64,000 nucleotides of DNA from the NCBI GenBank assembly GCA_964230645.1, contig CAXRHT010000002.1, positions 1,088,001 to 1,152,000 of the forward strand, in the 5' to 3' direction. The notes beneath the pieces are model-generated. The model made no database searches, was not told the DNA's origin, and worked only from the letters and a program-made list of their open reading frames with translations. Of the stretch, positions 39,453 through 48,648 are shown piece after piece; position 1 is the stretch's first letter, and every line of letters starts with the position of its first letter. The DNA is from Bdellovibrionales bacterium. GTDB taxonomy: Bacteria; Bdellovibrionota; Bdellovibrionia; Bdellovibrionales; JAGQZY01. Made by a program: the position numbers and the translations under genes.

Positions 39453-41291
39453 ATGAATATTCTTGGTCTCTCAGCATTTTATCATGACAGTGCCGCCGCC
39501 TTAATTTCGAATGGCGAAATCATTGCTGCCGCTCAAGAGGAACGCTTCACCAGAATTAAGCATGATTGCAGTTTCCCTGAAAACTCAATTAGCTACTGCC
39601 TTAAAGAGGCCAAGCTTAATTTCAATCAAATTGATTACATCGCTTTTTACGACAAACCCTTTTTAAAATTTGAACGCCTACTTGAAACTTATATGGCTTT
39701 TGCCCCAAAGGGTTTTCGGTCTTTTAGTAAAGCCTTACCTCTTTGGGTGAAAGAAAAGCTTTTCCAAAAAAAATTGATTCTTGATGAGTTCAAAAAGCAT
39801 TATCCCGAACACAACTGGGAAGAAAAGATTCTTTTCACCGAACACCACCACTCTCATGCGGCCAGTGCTTTTTACCCCTCCCCTTTCAACGAAGCTCTTG
39901 TTCTCACCATGGATGGTGTCGGTGAGTGGGCCACCACCAGTGCCGCGATCGCTAACGGAAACAGTGTTGAGATCTTTAAAGAGATCCACTTCCCCCACTC
40001 CATTGGGCTTTTCTATTCAGCCATGACCTATTTTTGTGGCTTTAAGGTCAACTCTGGTGAGTACAAGCTTATGGGCCTTGCCCCCTATGGAAAACCAAAA
40101 TACGCACAGCTTATAAAAGAAAATCTTATTGATATAAAAGAAGACGGATCTTTTAGACTCAATATGAAGTACTTTGATTACTGCACAGGTCTAAAAATGA
40201 CGTCAAAGCACTTTGATAGACTTTTTAATCTTCCCGCTAGAAATCCTGAAGCCGAGATGACCCAAGCCTATATGGATATCGCAGCCTCCGCTCAACAGGT
40301 CACTGAAGAAGTCGTTTTAAAACTTGCTAAAAATTTACTCAAAGAAACAGGAATGAAGAATCTTTGCCTAGCTGGTGGTGTAGCACTTAACTGTGTTGCT
40401 AATGGAAAGCTTTTAAGAGAAATTCCAGATATTAATTTATGGATTCAACCAGCCGCAGGGGATGCTGGAGGAGCTCTTGGCTCAGCTCTAGCCACTCACT
40501 ACTATTTTTTAGATCAGAAAAGAGAGCCCCCAAAAAATAAAAAAGACGCCATGAAGGGCTCCCTCTTTGGCCCTCAGTATTCCCAACACGAAATTGAAAA
40601 AACACTTAAGAAATTAGGAGCAAACTTCACCACTCTTCCTGAGGAGAAAATGCTCGAACAAACAGCCAGAGCTCTCTCTGAGGAAAAAGCGATCGGCTGG
40701 TTTCAAGGCCGAATGGAATTTGGCCCAAGGGCTCTTGGCGCAAGATCTATCCTTGCTGACCCAAGGTCTCCCGAGACTCAAAAAAACCTTAATTTAAAAA
40801 TCAAATTCCGAGAATCCTTTAGACCTTTTGCGCCTTCCATTCTTGAAGAACACACTAGTGACTTTTTTGATTTTAAAACCCCTAGCCCCTATATGCTCTT
40901 GGTAGGAGAAGTGAAAAAAGAAAAAAGAAAAGCTTTATCTGAAAAAGAAGAAAACTTATTTGGACTTGAAAAACTTCACCTCAAAAGATCCGAGGTCCCA
41001 GCCGTTACCCACGTGGATTATTCCGCCCGGGTACAAACGGTGAATCAAGAAACCCATCCCCTCTATTACAAATTAATTAAAAATTTTGAGGAAATCACAG
41101 GCTGCCCCCTTTTAGTAAACACGAGCTTTAATGTTCGCGGAGAGCCCATCGTCTGCACGCCAGAGGATGCTTTCCAGTGTTTTATGGGTACAAACCTTGA
41201 TCTCCTAGTCATTGGAAACTGTGTGCTCGAAAAATCCGAGCAGCCTGCAAAACTAAGAGGCAACTACCACTCGCAATTCAAGAAAGATTAA
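39453..41291 (+). CDS. Carbamoyltransferase (NodU/CmcH/SxtI family)
   Basis: YHDSAA, QEERF.R.KH, HH.SHAASA, DGVGE, GEYKLMGLA, GPRALG.RS and NTSFN motifs. Confidence 0.93.
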   Translation: MNILGLSAFYHDSAAALISNGEIIAAAQEERFTRIKHDCSFPENSISYCLKEAKLNFNQIDYIAFYDKPFLKFERLLETYMAFAPKGFRSFSKALPLWVKEKLFQKKLILDEFKKHYPEHNWEEKILFTEHHHSHAASAFYPSPFNEALVLTMDGVGEWATTSAAIANGNSVEIFKEIHFPHSIGLFYSAMTYFCGFKVNSGEYKLMGLAPYGKPKYAQLIKENLIDIKEDGSFRLNMKYFDYCTGLKMTSKHFDRLFNLPARNPEAEMTQAYMDIAASAQQVTEEVVLKLAKNLLKETGMKNLCLAGGVALNCVANGKLLREIPDINLWIQPAAGDAGGALGSALATHYYFLDQKREPPKNKKDAMKGSLFGPQYSQHEIEKTLKKLGANFTTLPEEKMLEQTARALSEEKAIGWFQGRMEFGPRALGARSILADPRSPETQKNLNLKIKFRESFRPFAPSILEEHTSDFFDFKTPSPYMLLVGEVKKEKRKALSEKEENLFGLEKLHLKRSEVPAVTHVDYSARVQTVNQETHPLYYKLIKNFEEITGCPLLVNTSFNVRGEPIVCTPEDAFQCFMGTNLDLLVIGNCVLEKSEQPAKLRGNYHSQFKKD

Positions 41292-41441
41292 AAATAGTGG
41301 GTCTTCATCTTAATATATTCAGAGTTCTAAGTAAGTGGTAAAGAGTCAGTTTATAGATCCCTGATAGGACTAAATGATACTATCACTTGACCAAAATGAA
41401 CCCAAGTCAGCAATCCCTTTCGACTGGTTCAATAAAGAGAG

Positions 41442-42056
41442 CTAGGACTTCAAATTCCCTAAATGGAGATGATAACGAAGCGGAAAAGCGTTTCGCACGG
41501 GAAGGTACTCCTCTTGATTCTCGGAGACTCTCTTGACCCTTTTCCAAACATCAGAATCCACGAAATCTTTTAAAGGTTGCTCGACTTTGAAGATACTAGA
41601 GATCGCATTCTGTACTTTTTGATCCCACATCTCTTCTAAGTCGGCAGGGAACTCTGGAATCAATTCTTTTTGACTTGTTTGAACGTGCCAGTTCTCGGTG
41701 TCGTGATGGGTGCTAAAAATTCGGTAGTCATCAGTGACCTCTTCGCCTTTTTTGATATCTCTAACGGCAAGTTCAAATCCGTAACCAGTGGAAAGGGTAT
41801 TGGCCTCATCATCATGATTCATGTACTTGCCAAGATCCCAGGAAACAATTCGGTTTCCTAAAAAGTCCTCGTAAGAGTATTTCTCAACATACTCTTTGAG
41901 GCTTGGGTTTATGGAATTTAAATCCTCCTCAGGAATAACGATGTCCAGACCATCTTGCACAAAGGTCAAAGTTCCCTTTGGAATATCTTGAATTGCAAAA
42001 AGGCCGTAGCCTTTTTCATCTGAGATCCATTGAATTCGAACCCAAGGAATGATCAT
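41442..42056 (-). CDS. SET-domain protein (putative lysine methyltransferase)
   Basis: KGYGLFA..DI.KG, YMNH and A.RDIKKGEEVT.DY motifs. Confidence 0.85.
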   Translation of the reverse strand: MIIPWVRIQWISDEKGYGLFAIQDIPKGTLTFVQDGLDIVIPEEDLNSINPSLKEYVEKYSYEDFLGNRIVSWDLGKYMNHDDEANTLSTGYGFELAVRDIKKGEEVTDDYRIFSTHHDTENWHVQTSQKELIPEFPADLEEMWDQKVQNAISSIFKVEQPLKDFVDSDVWKRVKRVSENQEEYLPVRNAFPLRYHLHLGNLKS

Positions 42057-42445
42057 TGTTTTCTGTCTCCCTAAAAAGCTAATTTGTTCTTTTTTAATTC
42101 ATGCACAGAATATTTTTAAAAGCCAAGCGAAATTCTTAGGGGCGAGGTAAGCTGGTCTCTAAAGTTTGCCCCGCCTAGTTTTTCGATTTTAGGGTCCCTA
42201 AAAGTTCGGGAGTCCAAAGCTTTTTAAGCTCCGCTTTCCTCCTCATTTACCCCTCCCCGCCCTTTAAGACGCAACGAATCAGCACTCTATAGTCTAGCGA
42301 GAACCTTCTAATTTGAACCTCACAAAACCCTCTTTTCTCAAGCCAGAGCCTATTAGGGATTTTTTGCAATACCCCTAGTCGAAACCCCATTTGGTGACTA
42401 GGGTGTCGTTTTTAAAACCCAAAATGACCTTTAAGGAGGGCTTTT

Positions 42446-43897
42446 ATGAAACTTACCTTTTTCCTCTCTTGTCTTGTGTTTTCAATCTCGCTTTTTGCCC
42501 ATAACGGCGACCACAATTTAGACTCCCCTCAACATTCCTCTGAAGTTACGGAACAGTTTGGAGTGGAGTATATCGGTAACGCCTCAGTTGGACTTACCAA
42601 CAAAACAATTCCCCTAGAGATCAAAGATAACACCATCACTTGGGTCTCCCCTGAAACCACAGATGACACCTACGCGGCCTACTTAAACCAAGGCATGGCT
42701 TTTCTTCACGTCTTCCATTGGATCGATGCCCTCAGATCTTTCAAGATGGCTCAAGAAATCAAAAAAGATTCTCTTTACGCAGCTGCCGGACAAATCTTTA
42801 GCTATCTAAGTTTGAACCCCAGTGATGCCGCTCCCTTTATTCAAGCTCTCGTGAAAGACATGAATGGTGTCAGTACAGCCACGCCCCTTGAAAAGGCTTG
42901 GTATGATTTTGCCCTAGCTATGGCTAAAGCCAGTAATGTACTTAATCAGCCAGGGGTAAAAAGTGTGAGCCAAGCTTTTAGAGATCTTAACTCTCTTGCG
43001 CCCAATGATTCCGAGGTTTCAACCTTTGCTGCGTGGACCGCTCGCCAAGGTGGAATTCAAACTTACCTTGATGTTTTAGAAACTCAGCCCAATCACCTCG
43101 GCGCAAACCACTACGTGACCCATATGTTAGAAGGTGCCGGACAGTCAGCTAACGCTGTTCCTTTCGCAGAAAAAGTCGCTGAGTATGGAAGCTTCAATGG
43201 TCATGCCATTCATATGTTAGGCCACGTTCTTCCAGAAGTGGGACGTTGGAAAGATGCTGTGGCTGAATTTGAAAAAGCGCACCAGGTTCATTTGGATTGG
43301 GCGAGTCGCAACGACGTCCCTATGTCAGAGGACTGGCACTACGCCCATAACCTTCACCTCATGGGTGTGAGTAAAGCCGGAATTGGTGACTTCCAGGATG
43401 CACAAAGTGATATGGAACTTGGCTGTGAATTTGATGGCCGCTCTTGTATTGACCTTTTTAATCTAAAAATTCTCACGATGACTCCTGAAGAATTCACCAC
43501 CGAGCTTGATAACTTCCTAGCCACCCTTCCTCAAGGTTGGGCTCCTTATTTCAGTAACTACTATAATGAGATCGCTTTAAGAAATGGACAGTCGCTCAGT
43601 GAAATTACAATTCAAGACCAAATGTACCAAGACCATCTTGTATTAGTGGCAAAGCTCATGGAAGCCAAAAAAGGAAATCTTTCACCAACGGCAAAAAGCC
43701 AGTTGAATCAAACGATCAAAACCTTTATTGCCACACGATTTCCTCAAACCGGTTTTGACTCTTGGGCTAAGGGTGTTTTCATGTCCTTAAGAATTCTCGC
43801 CATCACCAAAAGAATGGATGACCAGGATTATTTCCAAACAGCGGAAACAGAGCTTTTAAAGAAGCTTCCTGAGTTGGACCATAGCTACATCCAATAA
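42446..43897 (+). CDS. Secreted helical/TPR-like protein with His-rich motifs
   Basis: Signal peptide; A.RSF; HLGANHYVTH, HAIHMLGH and HYAHNLH. Confidence 0.7.
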   Translation: MKLTFFLSCLVFSISLFAHNGDHNLDSPQHSSEVTEQFGVEYIGNASVGLTNKTIPLEIKDNTITWVSPETTDDTYAAYLNQGMAFLHVFHWIDALRSFKMAQEIKKDSLYAAAGQIFSYLSLNPSDAAPFIQALVKDMNGVSTATPLEKAWYDFALAMAKASNVLNQPGVKSVSQAFRDLNSLAPNDSEVSTFAAWTARQGGIQTYLDVLETQPNHLGANHYVTHMLEGAGQSANAVPFAEKVAEYGSFNGHAIHMLGHVLPEVGRWKDAVAEFEKAHQVHLDWASRNDVPMSEDWHYAHNLHLMGVSKAGIGDFQDAQSDMELGCEFDGRSCIDLFNLKILTMTPEEFTTELDNFLATLPQGWAPYFSNYYNEIALRNGQSLSEITIQDQMYQDHLVLVAKLMEAKKGNLSPTAKSQLNQTIKTFIATRFPQTGFDSWAKGVFMSLRILAITKRMDDQDYFQTAETELLKKLPELDHSYIQ

Positions 43898-44123
43898 TAA
43901 AAATCGATGATCGATGAAAGATTGTCGATCAGCTCTCACTCCCAAGGAGTTCTCGTTTGTACGAGAACTCCTTTTAAAATGAACCGTTCGTTCTGAGTGG
44001 GCCTTCATTGTAGAAAATTCATGACAGCCTCTAACCAATCCCTCGGCACGATCAAATCGTCGAAGGAGAAAGTATTGGCCTCCTCCTTGCAATTTTAAGC
44101 CTAGAAAAGAGGAGGATTCTAAA

Positions 44124-45557
44124 ATGAACCAATTTAAACAACTTTTACTACTATTTGTTTCGATATCCGGACTAATTTCTTGTAGCCCGGACAACTCTGA
44201 CAATTCCAACACCCAACAGCCTATGGAAGAAAACAAGCTTTCCAGCAGAGCCATAGAGCAAATTCTTATAAAGCGCTCCGATGGCAGCTTTAGGATTCTC
44301 GAGAAAGGCTTAGAAAGTATCGAAGTTGGGAGTCAAATAAAACTAGTCTATAAAAAAGGAGTCAATCCTCAAGGAACCCTCAGAACCGACGTGACCTGTC
44401 ACACTCCTCAACGCCAAGAGGCTCTTTTCAAAACAACCAATTATAAGATGGAAGACTTAAGCCAAAACCTCTCTTTACTCAATTTACTACCCCCCAAGGT
44501 TTTAGCCCCTCTTCCTAAAGAGGAGCGTATCAATTGTGACCTCAAGCTTGAAATCATCGAAGAAAACATCCTCACAGTTTCCATTTCATTTGAGAATATC
44601 AGTCTTGAGAACACCAACTTCTTTTCCAATTGGGACATTCTTCCTGACGCTTCAGAAGAAATGCGGGCAGCCGACTATCTTTTTCGCACTTCCAAGTTTA
44701 AAGAGATGCCCCTTTCTTTTCAAGAAGGTGAGATGAACACTATCCACACGATTTGCGAGGACTCACAGACAGAAGCCTTTAACGTTAAAAGAAATCCTAA
44801 CCTCTCAGAGTTTTTTGAAGAGAGTCTTTTTGAAGATAATCCTGTCTCAATGTGTCGCCTTATTGCAGTTAACGACAAGAACCAATCGTTAAAAGTTTCT
44901 CAGGTACTAAATGTCGAGGGCCGTTGGTCAATGGTAAGAATGCTTTGGGATATTAGACTTAGTGCAACTAATAACCCAGTATCCAATCTTTCCGAAGCCA
45001 TGATCATCAAAATTGAAAACAATGGTACAGATACCGCTCTAATCAATTTTAAGGTTCCAGGAAATCCCAACATCAAGATCCGCCCTCATTACGGCAACCC
45101 TCTTCCCCATGGTAAAATTTGGCTGTTCCCCGAGACCACTATTGATGCGCAATGGGTTCAGGTTTCAACTGGTGAGGCCTTCAGAGGTGAAAACATCATT
45201 GAAATCCCACCTCATTCTTTTGAAAACTTTGAGCTAAGACCACGGAACAATCTCAAATGCCCCTTAGGTCAAAAAGGCTTCGAAAAAAATCCGTGTGCGT
45301 ACAATCTTTATCTCGGTTCAACCACAAAGGTTTCAGTGCCAACAATCTCAGCTGAAACACAAATCAATCGCACAGAAAGAGAGTGGCTTCTTCTCAGTAA
45401 AAAACTAAGTCAACAGTCCTCCAATGGACAGATCACTCAGTGGCTTCCCACTTCTACGCTCAATCAGTCCTGCTCAAATTTTCCGACGGTTTTGAATACC
45501 CCCGCCAATCAGGGACCGTTCACTTACCAGGCAATTGATAACTGTACAGTTGATTAA
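44124..45557 (+). CDS. Hypothetical lipoprotein
   Basis: GAGGAGG RBS; lipobox LISC. Confidence 0.7.
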   Translation: MNQFKQLLLLFVSISGLISCSPDNSDNSNTQQPMEENKLSSRAIEQILIKRSDGSFRILEKGLESIEVGSQIKLVYKKGVNPQGTLRTDVTCHTPQRQEALFKTTNYKMEDLSQNLSLLNLLPPKVLAPLPKEERINCDLKLEIIEENILTVSISFENISLENTNFFSNWDILPDASEEMRAADYLFRTSKFKEMPLSFQEGEMNTIHTICEDSQTEAFNVKRNPNLSEFFEESLFEDNPVSMCRLIAVNDKNQSLKVSQVLNVEGRWSMVRMLWDIRLSATNNPVSNLSEAMIIKIENNGTDTALINFKVPGNPNIKIRPHYGNPLPHGKIWLFPETTIDAQWVQVSTGEAFRGENIIEIPPHSFENFELRPRNNLKCPLGQKGFEKNPCAYNLYLGSTTKVSVPTISAETQINRTEREWLLLSKKLSQQSSNGQITQWLPTSTLNQSCSNFPTVLNTPANQGPFTYQAIDNCTVD

Positions 45558-45598
45558 TTAACTTAAATAGAGAGTTTTTAAAGAAATGAAAGCTCTCT

Positions 45599-46369
45599 TT
45601 AACTTAGAGAGGTCGGCACATCTTTCTTAGCAATCAGCACCATGCTTCTCTCCGGATACCCCGGAATGAAATCAGGAACTTCCTCTAACACAGCCTCTTT
45701 TGAAAAATTAAAGGGGCTTTCCCAAAGATTGATAAATCTAAAGTCGCCCGTGCGAATGTCGGAGTTTTTAAAGTTGTTCTTTTTATTTTTCGTATGGGTT
45801 GTTGTAAATAAATAGCGATAATTCACCGTTGCGATATTTTTTAAGAACTTATCAATGTCCTTAAAAGAAAGATGAAAAAGGCAGTCCCTGACAAAAAGAA
45901 TATCGCAATCGGGAAGGAGGTCCGAGCACATATCAGACACTTTAAATTCCACATTGGTTTTATTATTTTCGGCTCTATTTTTCTCAACAATGGAGTCAAC
46001 GATATCAAGGCCTATATAACGGATGTCGGTTTTATTAACGACCTCTTTCATCCAATTGAAATCCCCACAGGGGGCATCGACCAAAGTACCTACATCATAT
46101 TTTTCGATAATCTTAGGCAAACGCTCCCTTAACTTTTCAGTGTAGGCAAGCTCTGATCCCCCACCACTGACAGACTCATCACTGCACCAGTGGTTTTCCT
46201 GATAGATCTTTGTGAACTTTTCTTTATTGGAATCAATCTCTAAGATCTCTTGATAGCGCTTTTTCTTTGTGAGGTTTCCTAAGTAGTTGGTCGCTTTTTT
46301 TAAGAATACACTAGGTCCTTGGCTTTTAAGGACTTCAATGGCTCGGACCGGTAGGGATTTTGAACTCAT
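45599..46369 (-). CDS. Class I SAM-dependent methyltransferase
   Basis: ESVSG.GS, DAPCGDFNWM, GLDIV and RDCLFHL motifs. Confidence 0.85.
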   Translation of the reverse strand: MSSKSLPVRAIEVLKSQGPSVFLKKATNYLGNLTKKKRYQEILEIDSNKEKFTKIYQENHWCSDESVSGGGSELAYTEKLRERLPKIIEKYDVGTLVDAPCGDFNWMKEVVNKTDIRYIGLDIVDSIVEKNRAENNKTNVEFKVSDMCSDLLPDCDILFVRDCLFHLSFKDIDKFLKNIATVNYRYLFTTTHTKNKKNNFKNSDIRTGDFRFINLWESPFNFSKEAVLEEVPDFIPGYPERSMVLIAKKDVPTSLS

Positions 46370-46594
46370 AATGGAATACTCACCTTTAAAAAATTTCTTA
46401 TCTTCGTCCTAACCTAAAGGCTCTCAAAGTTCTAGAAAATCCTTAAAATTTAAGGGCCTAGAGCTAAGACCCGGCCAGGTGTAAGACCACAAATTGCGCA
46501 AAGTGTTAGCAGCCTAATCCCTCACTTTCCATTAAAGGCTTTTAGTCCCCTCTCTGCCCTGATAAAATCAGGACCTAGCTAGGTTACTGCCATT

Positions 46595-47851
46595 ATGATC
46601 TCTCAACTGCCAAGACTTTTTAATCGCCTTGTTCCGAAGAAATCCTCGGAGATCATCGTCTATCAAGTGCTCGCTTTTCTAGCGACCTTTACCTTGAGCA
46701 TCCTTTTAGCCCGTTTTTTTGGCCCCGAGGGGAAGGGGCGCTTTGATCTCTTCTTAGTTTTTGTAACAGTGCTGGTTGAAATCGTGCACCTCGGCGCTGG
46801 CAGCGGACTATTGATGATCCTCTCTCAGCAGAAGATACCACTAGGTCGTGTGCACGGAACAGCCATCCTCATAGCCGTGGGCCTATCTTTGACAACAATT
46901 GGCCTAAACCTCTTTTTTCCATCTCTTGCTTTAGAGGCCTTTAGGGGGCTTAACCAAGAGTGGCTCTTTTGGGGAACTCTTCTCACCCTCCCCATGCTTT
47001 ATAAAAACTTTTGGACTCATATCACCCTTGGGATTGGTGCCGTAAAAACACAGAACCAGTTCAATGCCCTTCTCCATGGCTTGGTCCTTCTGATTTTCAT
47101 TCCCTTTTTCTTTGGAGAGTCTCTTTCGCTAGAGTCCTCTCTTTACCTCTACACGTTCTTAGTGTTTGCGGCCGCAGGCATTATGTTTATTTGGATGCTA
47201 CTAAGAGACCCAAAACTGGGTTTTCTAAGCTCTCACGTAAAATCCATTGTGTTTTATTCTTTTGCTCTTTATCTCGCTCAAGCCATCAATCTTCTACACT
47301 TTAGAGCCGATCAGGTCATGATCAACTGGAAGCTTGGCGCAAGTGAGGTGGGTATTTATGCCGTTTCTGTGAAAATAGCAGAACTCATCTTTTTTCTAGA
47401 AATGGCTTTCGTGTCGATTCACTGGAGCCAGATTTTTAACCCGGAAAAGTTTCATCGCTCTTTATTTGTATCAACCCTAAAAAGGCATAGTCTAGTGGCC
47501 ATTCTTGCCATGGTCGGTATGGCCATCATCTCCCCATTTATGATCCACCTTCTTTATGGTGAGAGCTTCACGCGAGCCACTCTCCCCTTGATTGTTCTCC
47601 TACCTGGAACAGCGATTATCTCTGTGGCAAAACTCTGCAGCAATTACTTCACGTTTTATAAAAAGAAGATCGCCCTCATCCTTGGTATTTCGCTCACCGG
47701 AGCCCTTCTTAATATCCTGTTAAATTATCTTTTTATGTTCCAATGGGATTTCGGGATCATGGGTGCGGCTTACGCCTCAAGCATTAGTTATACGCTAGGG
47801 GGCCTTCTCACAGGACTCTTCTGCTACAGGTCCGTTAGGAAAGAAGCCTAA
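46595..47851 (+). CDS. Wzx-type oligosaccharide flippase
   Basis: Multi-TM; LARFFGPEGKG, D..MI, VGIY.VS and GI.GAA.ASSISY. Confidence 0.85.
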   Translation: MISQLPRLFNRLVPKKSSEIIVYQVLAFLATFTLSILLARFFGPEGKGRFDLFLVFVTVLVEIVHLGAGSGLLMILSQQKIPLGRVHGTAILIAVGLSLTTIGLNLFFPSLALEAFRGLNQEWLFWGTLLTLPMLYKNFWTHITLGIGAVKTQNQFNALLHGLVLLIFIPFFFGESLSLESSLYLYTFLVFAAAGIMFIWMLLRDPKLGFLSSHVKSIVFYSFALYLAQAINLLHFRADQVMINWKLGASEVGIYAVSVKIAELIFFLEMAFVSIHWSQIFNPEKFHRSLFVSTLKRHSLVAILAMVGMAIISPFMIHLLYGESFTRATLPLIVLLPGTAIISVAKLCSNYFTFYKKKIALILGISLTGALLNILLNYLFMFQWDFGIMGAAYASSISYTLGGLLTGLFCYRSVRKEA

Positions 47852-48597
47852 GAATTCTTTTTCTTAGCGGTTGCGATCAGACACCAACCATTTTTAAAGC
47901 CCTTGAACATAAAGGGCCTAAGTAGAATTCCTAAGACTGTGGCCAAACTAAACTTCAAGTTGGCAAAATAAAGTGGCGGCAGAGTTCCCCCAGTGGTCAT
48001 TTCAATATTCTCAAACTCAGATCTTTTAAGAATAAGATCAAGCTCCCAGGGAGAAAGAGGCGAGATATGCCCATAAGAAAGATCCCCATCAAAGAACTGA
48101 TAAAACCGACCCGTAGTAAGAAAAGTAAGCCTTGAGAGCCAGGAGGTCGTATGAGGGGTGGTGACCACAATATGCCCCCCAGGCTTCAACAATTTTTTAA
48201 GGTCTCTCACATACTCCCACTGATTCTCCACATGCTCGATCACCTCAATGCCAAGGACCACATCATACTTTTCACTGTGAGTCTGGATAAAATTCCTAAC
48301 CGCCTCAGAATTATTAAAGTTTAGCTGTTCAAAATTCGTCGTAGCGGCGAAGTTTTCCTTATCCATGTCGACAGAAAAGACCTCAAACCCCTGATCTTTT
48401 AATCTCTCTGACAGGGCTCCATAGCCGCAGCCAAAATCAAGGATCTTAGCTCCGGACTGAGCTACGCTCTTAACCCGATCTGCGATATCTTTGTGCATCC
48501 CAAGATCAGCTCTCATTCGAATATTCTTATAATACTGAAAGTCTTTTTTACCTAAAAAAATCAGAGAGTTATTTAATAAAGCCAATTGAAACTCCAA
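47848..48597 (-). CDS. Class I SAM-dependent methyltransferase
   Basis: LDFGCGYG, EVIEHV and LKPGG..VVTTP motifs; start uncertain. Confidence 0.85.
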   Translation of the reverse strand: MEFQLALLNNSLIFLGKKDFQYYKNIRMRADLGMHKDIADRVKSVAQSGAKILDFGCGYGALSERLKDQGFEVFSVDMDKENFAATTNFEQLNFNNSEAVRNFIQTHSEKYDVVLGIEVIEHVENQWEYVRDLKKLLKPGGHIVVTTPHTTSWLSRLTFLTTGRFYQFFDGDLSYGHISPLSPWELDLILKRSEFENIEMTTGGTLPPLYFANLKFSLATVLGILLRPFMFKGFKNGWCLIATAKKKNS

Positions 48598-48648
48598 ACG
48601 CGGGATCTACAAAATTCGAGAGGGCCTCTTTATATGAAAAAAAGACCA

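Noticed and set aside
38869..41291. Saxitoxin biosynthesis
   Set aside because: Only I/J/K-like genes are present; none of the core sxt enzymes occur in the window
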